A stretch of DNA of 64,000 nucleotides from NCBI GenBank assembly GCA_038087875.1, contig JAXLNO010000146.1, forward strand, positions 620,001 to 684,000, written 5' to 3'. Of this stretch, positions 54,301 through 64,000 are shown in pieces. Numbering within the stretch: position 1 is the first letter of the stretch; the number at the start of each line of letters is the position of its first letter. A program made the position numbers and the translations under genes. The DNA comes from Malacoraja senta. Lineage: Eukaryota. The notes under the pieces were generated by a model. The model made no database searches. It was not told where the DNA came from and saw only the letters and a program-made list of their open reading frames with translations.

Positions 54301-55274
54301 AAGGGAGACCCCATAGATGTTTATAAAATTATCAAAGGCATCACAGCATTTTCCCCACAAAAGGTAGGAAATATCAAAGACTAGAGGCATAACTTTTAGG
54401 TGCAAGTTTAATGGAGATGTGGAAGGCAGATATGAAAGTGGCTTTTAGGCGATTTTTTGATGCACACATTAATATGGGGAAGGACATGGATCATATGCAA
54501 GAAGAGATTTGTGTATGTAACCCAGTCCATCACATAGACCACACTCCTCACCATTTACTCCATCTATACTTCAAGCTGCCTCGGAAGAGCAGCCAAATTA
54601 GTTGAGGACCTTTCCAAGCCTGGTCATTCCTTCTGCTCCCTGGTCCTGTCAAGCAGAAGATTCAGAAGCTTGCAAGAACACACCTTCAGAGTCAGAAACA
54701 GCTTCTTCCCCTCTTATTAAACTTCTGAATGGTCCTTTCAAAATCTAGGCAACAGACCTGATTTTCTATCCTACCTTATTGCAGGCATTGGACTTTTTCT
54801 GTGGAACTGTTACATTGTTTAGTTTAATTTAGTTTAGTGATACAGTGTGGAAACAGGCCCTTCGGCCAACCAAGTCCGCACTGATCAGCGATCCCTGTAC
54901 ATCAGCACTATCCTACACAGGAGTGACAATTTACAATTTTTACTGAAGCCAAATTAACTTACAAACTTGTACATCTTTGACATGTGGGAGAATGTACAAA
55001 CTCATTACAGACAGCACTGATAGTCACGATTGAATATGGGTCTCTGGCACTGTGGAAGTAACTCTACCGCTGTGCCACCATGCCACCCCTGATTGTAATG
55101 CTGAGAAACTATATTCTGCACTGGATTTTCCTCGTGTTTGGCTTGATTCTATTCTTTTATAGTATGATTTGATTAGATAAGCACGCAAACAAAAGCTTCT
55201 CACCGTACCTTGGTCCGTGTGTCAATAATAAACTTAAACCAGAGAGGATTAGTTATACAGCGTCATGGTCAGCA

Positions 55275-56590
55275 CAGATATTGTGGGTCAAAATGCTTGT
55301 TCCTGTGCTCTATTTCTCTATGGTCTATGAAACTGTGAGCTGAAGGGTCAGTTCTTGCCCTGTACTTTTCTATATTCTATAACATTGTGGGCTGAAGGGC
55401 CTGCTCTAGTGCTGCATCTTTCTATATCCAACGACACTGGGGGCTGAAAGGTCTGCTCCTGTGCTGTACTTTCCCATAGAAAGACACAAAGTGCTGGAGT
55501 AACTCAGCGTATCGGGCAGCATCTCTGGAGAACATGGATAGGAAACCGAATCAGCAACATCGTAGTAGATTAGGTTTGGGGAGGTGCATGTGAACCTCTC
55601 TCTCACTTGGAAAGTCTGTTTGGGTCCCTGGAAGGAGGTAACCTTTCTATATTCTGACATAGTGGGCTGCAGGGCCTATTTCTGTGCTATATTTCTCTAC
55701 ATTCTATGATGTAACCTTTCTATATTCTGACATGTTGGGCCGAAGGGCCTGTTCCTGTGCTTTACTATATTCTATGCCACTGTGGGCCGAAGTGCCTGTT
55801 CCTGTGCTGTACTAAATTCGATGACACTGTGGGCCAAAGGACCTGTTCCTGTACTGTTCTATATTCTATGACTGTGGGCCGAAGGGCCTGTTCCTGTACT
55901 GTACTATATTCGATGACACTGTGGGCCAAAGGGCCTGTTCCTGTGCTGTTCTATATTCTATGACACTGTGGCTGAAGGGCCTGTTCCTGTACTGCACCTT
56001 TTTATAGAAGATCGACACAAAATGCTGGAGTAACTCAGTGGGACAGGGAGCATCTCTGGAGGGAGGAATGGTTCACGTTTCGGGTGAAGACGACCCAACA
56101 CATCACCCATTCCTTCTCTCTAGCGATACTGCCTGTCCCGCTGAGTTACTCCAGCATCTTGTATCTATCTTTGGATATAACCAGCATCTGCAATTCCTTC
56201 CTCCACTGTACTTTTCTATGTTCTATGACACTTTGGGCCACAGGGCCTGTTTCTGTGCCGCACTCTTCTATATTATCTGACAGTGGGCTGAAGGGCCTGT
56301 TCCTGTGCTGCACTATTCTACATTCTATGACACTGTGAGCTGAAGGGCATGTTCATGTGCTGTACTATTCTATATTCTCTAACAGAGTGGGACGAAGAGC
56401 CTGTTCCTGTGCTGCACTATTCAACAGTCCCCAACAGAGTGGGCCGAATGGCCTGTTCCTGTGCTGTAATGTTTTATGTTCTAAGACACTGTGGGCCAAA
56501 GGGCCTGTTCCTGCCCTGTACTTTTCTACATTCTGTGCCACTGTGGGCCGAAGGGCCTGTTCCTGTCCTGTACTACTCTCTGTTCTACAT
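55275..56590 (+). repeat. Minisatellite of roughly 18 units of ~45-53 bp derived from the CR1/SINE 3' terminus, interrupted by Penelope-type fragments
   Basis: Unit gacactgtgggccgaagggcctgttcctgtgctgtactattctatattctat. Confidence 0.9.
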
Positions 56591-56664
56591 GCTGGGTGAG
56601 GACTGGGTGGACAGAGAGGTCTGTTTCCACCCTGTGGAAGTTTACTGTGAGCGCGGGTTCCTAC

Positions 56665-57078
56665 CTTATAGAGTTCAGCGGCCTCGCCAATCGGGCTGGT
56701 GCAGTGGCCCTGGTGATCGCGGGACGTGGCGCAAACCACACAGATCGGCCTCCGGTCATCGCTGCAGTAAACCTTCAGCCTCTCGTCGTGCTCCTGGCAG
56801 CGAAGCTCCGTCTGAACCACCGCCTCGTCCAGTCTGAGCTTCATTACATTCTCCACTATGTTGGACACGAACCGGTTGGGTCTGAGCGTCTTCTCGGGCA
56901 GCAGCGCCCGGCACTGCGGACAAGTGATCGTCCCTCGCTCCGACTGCCAGTGGCGGACGATGCAGGTCCGGCAGTAATTGTGGCCGCAGTCTATCGTTAC
57001 AGGATCGACAAAGAAATCCAAGCAGATGGGGCAAAGCGCCTCATCTTTCATCGACTGTAGCACGTCTATTCGCGCCAT
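56665..57078 (-). CDS. TRIM exon 1: RING and B-box
   Basis: MARIDVLQSMKDEALCPICLDFFVDPVTIDCGHNYCRTCI...CPQCR...LRPNR...CQEHDERLKVYCSDDRRPICVVC..SRDHQGH...AAELYK|gtagga. Confidence 0.95.
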
Positions 57079-60000
57079 TGCTGTCGCCCTCTCCGAGTCC
57101 CGGAAAAGCGACGATTTCCGGGTACATTTCTTTACACAAATCTGCAGATTTCAAGATAGACACAACAATGCTGGAGTAACTCAGCGGGTCAGGCAGCCTA
57201 TTCTCTACTCCCGAGATGTTACCCGACCCGCTGATTTACTCCAGCATGTGGTGGGGAGAGGGACAGGGCAGTGTTTACCACTTTTTGTCATCTCCTTCAT
57301 TCCTGGGCGTTCGAGTTGCTGAACCAGGCCGTGATGCAACTGGTCAAAATGCTCTCTGCTGCTAACCTGTAGAAGCTCAAGAGCATTTGTCGATATAGCG
57401 ATTCTCCTCAACTTTTTTAAAAAAAACAAGGGGAAAAAAATAAAACAATTAAAATGTATTGTGGGTGGTTGCTGGAGTCTAGGCAAATTGGGGAGAATGA
57501 AATGAGATTAGTGTAAATGATTGGTACAAATTCACTATATTGCTGGAGACACAAGCTTGAGTGAAATACAAAGTGCAGGAGGAACTCAGAGGGAATAGTA
57601 GTGATGTTTTGGATCTGGATCTTTCTTCGGGCTAGTAGTAGGGTGGAGGGTGGTGGAGAAAGCTGAAAATAGAGAGAGGTGGGGGCAGGACAAATCCTGG
57701 CATGTGATGGGTGGATACAGGTGAGGGGGAGGGTGTAGATTGACAGATGGGTGGACAAAGGCAAGAGATGAAAAGTAGACAAAAGGGTGTCAGGGAAAAT
57801 GAGTGAAATGTGAAACCAGAGAGAGGGATATGGATGGAAGGGGAAAGGGGGGGAAATGTGGGTCAGGATGGTGGAGTAATGGATGCAAACTGGGAGTGGG
57901 GTCACTGGAAATTGAGGGGTGGGGGGTGGGGGGTGGGGGGGGTTCCTTAAAACTGGATAATTTAATGTTCATATTGTTGGGTTTTAAGCTGTCAAAATGG
58001 AATATGAGGGGCTACTCCTCCAGTTAGCAAATTGCCCCACTCTGGCAATGGAGGAGGCCCGAGATGGAAAGGTCAGTTTTGGATTGAAGATAGGCACAAA
58101 ATGCTGGAGTAACTCATCGGGTCAGGCGGCATCTCTGGAGAAAAAGAATAGGAGACGTTTCGGGTCGAGGTGAGGTTTGGAATGGGAAAGGGAGTTAAAA
58201 TGGTTCGCAACAGGGAGATCCAGAAGGCTTTGATGGACCGAGTGCAAGTGTTCAATGAAGGAGTTGTATCATTGTGTATGTGTATGTGAATCTGTGTTTG
58301 CATTGTTCCATCCCTACCCAGTGCACATTAAGGCCAGACTCCCCTTGGGCCTCGAGACATTAGGGGCAGATAGGCTGCTCGGCCCACTGAACTTTTCAAA
58401 AGCCCAGCACAAAGATGAAAGCAGAGACATTTCCTTGAGAGATTCAGCATGTCACCAAAAACTCAAAATGCGGAGTAACCCAGCAGGTCAGGCAGCACCT
58501 GTGGAGGAAATAGAAAGGTGATGTTTTGGATCGGGACCCTTCTTCATTCCCGACCAGAAGCATCACTCACCTATCCACTCAGTCTACAGATGCTGCCTCA
58601 CCCAATGAGCTACTCCAGCACTTTGTGTTTTTCTCCAGGGTCCAGTATCTTTAGTATCTTGTATCAAAATGTATATATATATGGACTGTAGAAATGCTCC
58701 TCAGTTCAGTTCAGTTTTACTGAGGTACAGGGAATCAGGATACAATAGATTAGATCGTGGCCTGGCACGGCACAATTTCAATACACAGGAACACAAGGTG
58801 CTGCAGAGAGCGGTGGAATCAGCCCACTCCATCATGGGCACAGCCCTGCCGTCCATGCAACACATCTAAAAAGATGCTACCATCGGGAAGGAGATACAGG
58901 TGCCTGAAGTCCCACACCGGTTGATTCAGGAACACCTACTTTCCTACAACCATCAGATTCTTGAACTGACCTAATCAGACCTCCACAATGGAACACTACA
59001 GACCATAAATGTGCTACCATGGAGTTGTTTTTCAAATTGTGTTTTGCATTAATGCCTTGTTTTTTTGCAGTCGTTTGCTTTCTTTTAACTGTTGTGTAGA
59101 ATTTTGTGTAGATTATCTTTGATTTATGATTTTGTGTGTTATCTGTATGTGATGCAAGCTATATCTCACCATTCTTGTGCATATGACAATAAACTTGACT
59201 CAATTCGACTTGATCATGGCTGATGTGATTGTAAGGCTAATTCCACATTTTCCTGCCTATGCCCATAACTTTTTACCCCTTTATTGAAGTGCTGTTGAGA
59301 CTTTGCTTCCACTGTGTGGAGCAGCTGATCAAGCTGCTGCCTCATAGTATTAGAGACCTAGGTTTGATCTTGACCTTGGGCGCTGTCTGAGTGGAGTTTG
59401 TCGCATAGGTTTCCTCTCACTTCCAAAGGTGTGCAGGTGTGTAGAATAATTGACCTCTGTGAATTCCAGAGTGGTGCAGCGGTAGACTTTAGAGATGCAG
59501 TGCGGAAACTGGCCTTTTGGCCCACCGGGTTCAGCACCAGAGACCCGGTTTGATCGTGGCTACAGGTGCAGTCTGTAGGAAGTTTGTACATTCTCCCTGT
59601 GACCGCGTGAGTTTTCTCCGGGTGCTCCAGTTTCCTCCCACATTCTAAAGACGGGCAGGTTTGCAAGTTAATTGGCTTCCATACATTTCGCTAGTGTGTC
59701 GGATATGAACCTGGGATATGAAGCGGTGACCGATGATCGGCATGGAGTATTGCAAGCAGTTCTGGTTGGCCCGATACAGAATGTGGAGGCTATGGAAAGG
59801 GTGCAGAAGGGGTTTACCAGAATGATATAATAAAAAGGAACTGCAGGTGCTTGTTTATGCCAAAGATAGACACAAGATGCTGGAGTAACTCAGCATCATG
59901 ATGCTGCCTGACCCACTAAGTTACTGCAGCATTTTGTGTTTAACAAAATGATGCCTGGCTTAGGGGGGTTTTAGAAACAGGGAAAGGTTGAACAGTCTTG

Positions 60001-60409
60001 GATATTTTTTTCTCCGGAATGCCAGAGGATGCAAGGTGAACTGATTGAAGTAAATAAAATGATGGGAAGCATAGATAAGGTTGACAGAACCTATTTCCCA
60101 GGTTGCGCAATACCAAATACTAGAGGGTATAGCTTTAAGGTGAGAGGGGCAAAGTTTAAAGGAGATGTTTGGAGCAAGTTTATACACATAGGTCATTGAG
60201 TGTCTGCAACACACTTGTTCATCAAAGCCCTGAAGCCTAACCACCCCAGTAATGAATACATTTTCCATTGCAAAAACACTTCTGGCTGCCCCAATTATTT
60301 GCTGTGCCTGCATTTCAGCCTTTTGCAAACCATGTACAAGGAGAATCAACAATAGACACAAAGTGCTGGGGTCGTCAGCGGCTCTCCGGAGAAAAAGGAT
60401 GTGATGTTT

Positions 60410-62352
60410 CAGATCGGAAACATTCTAAGCCAATATGTAGAGGAACCAACTAGAGGGCAGGCCATCCTAGACTGGATATTGTGTCATGAGGAAGGATTAG
60501 TTAGCAATCTTGTTGTGCAAAGCCTCTTGGGCAACAGTGACCATAATATGGTAGAATTCTGCATTAAGATGGAGAGTAACACAGTTAATTCAGAGTCAAG
60601 GGTCCTGAACTTAAGGAAAGGTAACTTTGATGGTATGAGACAGGAATTGGCTGGGATAGACTGGCAAATGATACTTAAAGGGTTGACGGTGGATATGCAA
60701 TGGCAAAGATTTAATGGATGGATGAATTACAACAATTGGTCATCCCTGTCTGGCGTAAAGATATAACAGGGAAGGCGGCTCAACCGTGGCTAACGAGGGA
60801 AATTAGGGATAGTGCTAAATCCAAGGAAGAGGCACATAAATTGACCAGAGGAAGCAGCAAACTGGAGGACTAGGAGAAATTTAGAATTCAACAGAGGAGG
60901 GCAAAGGGGTTGATTAAGAGTGGAAAAATAGAGCATGAAAGAAAGCTTGCGGGGAATACAAAAACTGACTGTAAAAGCTTCTTTAGATGTGTGGAGAGGA
61001 AAAGATTAGTGAAGACAAATGTAGGTCTCTTACAGTCAGAAACAGGTGAATTTATAATGGGAATCAAGGAAATGGCAGACCAGTTAAACAAGTACTTTGG
61101 TTCTGTCTTCACTAAGGAAGACACAATCTCCCTGAAATACATGGGGACCGAGGATCTATTGCAGGGGTCGGCAACCTTGTTCTGCATAGGAGCCGGGACG
61201 CATGTCTGTGAGCAGGTGACAGGTGACAGAAGAATGGATAAGGGAGAGCCAGTGGAAGTGGAGTATTTGGGCTTTAAAAAGCCTTTGACAAGTCCCACAC
61301 AAGAGATTAGTGTGCAAAATTAGAGCACATGGTATTGGGAGTAGGGTATTGACATGAATAGAGATCTGGTTGGCAGACAGGAAGCAAAGGGTTATTATCA
61401 GAATGGCAGGCAGTGACTAGTGGGTTGCCCCAAGGCTCAGTGCTGGGATCCCAGTTATGTACAATATATATTAACAATATAGTCAAAGGAATTAAATGTA
61501 ACATCTACAAGTTTGTGGATGACACAAAGCTGGATGGCAGTGTGAGCTGCGAGGAGGATGTTATGAGACTGCAGGGTGACTTGGATAGGTGAGTGGGCAG
61601 ATGCATCCCTTGGTTGGGTGAGTGGGCAGATGCAGTATAATGTGGATACATGTGAGGTTATCCACTTTGGTGGCAACAATAAGAAGGCAGATGATTATCT
61701 GAATGGTGTCAGATTAGAAAAAGGGGAGTTCCAACGAGACCTGTGTGTCCTAATACATTAGTTACTGAAAGTAAGCATGCAGGTACAGCAGGCAGTGAAG
61801 AAATCAAATGGCATGTTGACCGTCATAACAAGAGGAGTTGAGCATAGGAGCAACGAGGTCCTACTGCAGTTGTACAGGGCCCTGATGAGAGCGCAACTGG
61901 TCTGCTAATTTGAGGAAGGACATTCTTGCTATTGAGCGAGTGTGGATTAGGTTCACCAGGGTTAACATATGATGAAAGAATGGATCGACTGGGCTTTTAT
62001 TCACGGGAATTTCGAAGGAGAGGGGATCTGAAAGAAACATATTAAATGATTAAGGGATTGGACAGGCTAGATCTTGGAAAAATGTGCCTGATATTGGGGG
62101 AGTCCAGAACCAGGGATCACAGTTTAAGTACAGAGTTGTGAATCTATGGAATTCTCTGCCACAGAAGGCAGTGGAGGCCAATTTACTAGATGTATTCAAG
62201 AGAGAGTTAGATAGCTCTTAGGGCTAACGGAATCAAGGGATATGGGGAGAGATCGGGAACAGGGTACTGATTCTGGATGATCAACCGTGATCATATTGAA
62301 TGGCGGAGGGCCGAGTGGCCTACTCCTCCACCTATTTTCTATGTTTCTATGT
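60410..62352 (+). mobile_element. CR1 LINE with internal deletions (endonuclease end, RT remnants, 3' tail)
   Basis: QYVEEPTRGQAILDWIL...LGNSDHNMVEF; KSFFRCV; degenerate RT; (TTTCTATG)n tail. Confidence 0.88.
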
Positions 62353-62445
62353 TCAGACCTGGAGCGTCACCTATCCCTTTTTCTCCAGAGATGCTGCCCG
62401 ACCCGCTGAGTTACTCCAGAACTGCAGATGCTGGTTTAAACCAAA

Positions 62446-62633
62446 GATAGACACAAAAAGCTGGAGTAACTGAGCGGGTCAGACAGCATCTCTGGAGAAA
62501 AGGAATAGGCAACGTTTCAGGTCGAGACGCTTCTTCAGGCCAGTCTGAAGGGTTTCGATCTGAAACGTCGCTATTCCTTTTCTCCAGAGATGTTGTCTGA
62601 CCCGCTGTGTTACTCCAGCTTTTTGTGTCTATC
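62446..62633. repeat. Palindromic element made of two inverted Penelope pseudo-LTR-like arms
   Basis: gatagacacaaaaagctggagtaac...ttcttcagg / cagtctgaag...gttactccagctttttgtgtctatc, arms of about 90 bp. Confidence 0.85.
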
Positions 62634-62679
62634 CTGGAACATACTACCAGGGATGGTGGTGGAGGCAGCAGCAATAGTA

Positions 62680-63090
62680 AAACATAGAAACATAGAAAAT
62701 AGGACATTCGGCACTTCGAGCCAGCACCGCCATTCAATATGTTCATGGCTGATCATCCAGAATCAGTACCATGTTCCTGCATTTTCCCTATATCCCTTAA
62801 TTGCGTTAGTCCTAAGAGCTATATCTAACTCTCTCTTGAATACATCCTGTGAATTGGCCTCCACTGCCCTCTGTGGCAGAGAATTCCACAGATTCACAAC
62901 TCTCTGGGTGGAAAAACTTTTCCTCATCTCAGTCCTAAATGGCCTACCCCTTATTCTTAAACTGTGACCGCTGGTTCTGGACTCCCCCAACATCGGGAAC
63001 ATTTTTCCTGCATCTAGCCTGTCCAATCCCTTAATCATTTTATATGTTTCTATAAGACCCCGCCTCATCCTTCTACATTCCAGTGAATAT
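62680..63090 (-). mobile_element. CR1 LINE 3' fragment
   Basis: MRRGLIETYKMIKGLDRLDAGKMFP...RVVNLWNSLPQRAVEA. Confidence 0.88.
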
Positions 63091-64000
63091 AGTAGTACAT
63101 AAGAGAGTTTTAGATTGGCACATGGATATGCAGGGAATGGGAGGGATATGGATCATGTGTAGGTAGTGGTGATTAGCTTATTTTGGTATAATGTTCAGCA
63201 CAGACATTGTGGGTGAAAGGTCCTCCTCCTGTGCTGTTCTATTGGATGTTCTTGGGGTAGATTCCGTAGCTTTAAGGTGAGAGGAGAGAAGTTTAAAGGA
63301 GATTTACGTGGCAAGTTGTAGATTTCAGTTTAGGTTTATTACTGTCACATGTACTGAAGTACAGTGAAAAGCTTTGTTTTCATGCTATCCATTCAAAGTC
63401 AGATAACACTACACATAAACACAACCAACTCAGCTACAATAGGTGGAGTGAAGGAAAAGATACAGAGTGCAGACTACAGTTTTCAACATTGTAGCGCAAC
63501 AGTTTCAGAGACAAAGTCCAATGTCTGCAATGGGGGAGAGCAGAATCAGACTGTACTCTAGCTTATGGAAAGACCATTGTGAAGCCTAATACCAGATGGG
63601 AAGGAGGTGTCCCTGAGTCTTGTGTAGTGGAATAGAGTTCTCAGAATATATTTGTTTACACAAGAGAGCAGTAGGTGCCTGGAGCTCACTGTCAGGGGAA
63701 GCGAGGGAACAAATACAACAGCAACACTTAGGACACATTTCAAAAGGCACATAAAACAGTTGGAGATTTGAGGAGATATAGACGAGGTGAAGGAAGATGG
63801 AATATGAGGGGCTGCTCCTCCAGTTTGCAAATTGCCCCACTCTGGCAATGGAGGAGGCCTGAGGCGGAAAGATCAGTTTTGGATTGAAGATCGACACAAA
63901 ATGCTGGAGTAACTCATCGGGTCAGGCGGGATCTCTGGAGAAAAGGAATAGGAGACGTTTCGGGTCGAGGTCAAGTTTGGAATGGGAAGGGGAGTTAAAA

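Larger units (their letters stand above)
31706..57078 (-). pseudogene. TRIM family gene (RING, B-box, coiled-coil, PRY/SPRY; TRIM35/39/69 or A33-like), six coding exons, 468 codons if read through, with a premature TAG at codon 262 (null allele, recent pseudogene or base error)
   Basis: Exons 57078-56665, 51364-51269, 47817-47587, 41596-41574, 37253-37135, 32229-31706 (414/96/231/23/119/524 nt). All introns are GT-AG, phases are compatible, and the total is 1407 nt. Confidence 0.8.

Noticed and set aside
55275..56590. Regularly spaced palindromic repeats resembling a CRISPR array
   Set aside because: No unique spacers; the units are degenerate copies of the CR1/SINE 3' end
56365..56664. C-terminal extension of the 237-aa RING/B-box ORF
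   Set aside because: Read-through past the exon 1 donor into intron and minisatellite sequence

Overview
Eukaryotic, repeat-dense vertebrate DNA, most consistent with a cartilaginous fish such as a skate or ray (inferred from HE1-type SINEs, abundant CR1, Rex1/Babar and Penelope repeats, and GPR139-like receptors). Host genes on the + strand are two tandem GPR139-like class A GPCR coding exons (2721-3742 and 16980-17881) and a remnant of a third paralog (about 2271-2534). On the - strand is a six-exon TRIM gene (RING, B-box, coiled-coil, PRY/SPRY; 57078 to 31706) with intact splice sites but one in-frame TAG in exon 5. The rest is mostly mobile DNA. This includes a full-length DIRS tyrosine-recombinase retrotransposon nested in a Rex1/Babar LINE, itself nested in a CR1, with an empty-site copy of the target elsewhere in the window. 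Also present are a full-length Tc1 transposon, tandem non-autonomous Helitrons, a Harbinger-type MITE, Penelope fragments carrying minimal hammerhead ribozyme motifs, and two retroelement-derived tandem arrays. There are no prokaryotic features and no CRISPR array. All family assignments come from motif recognition by eye, not database searches.
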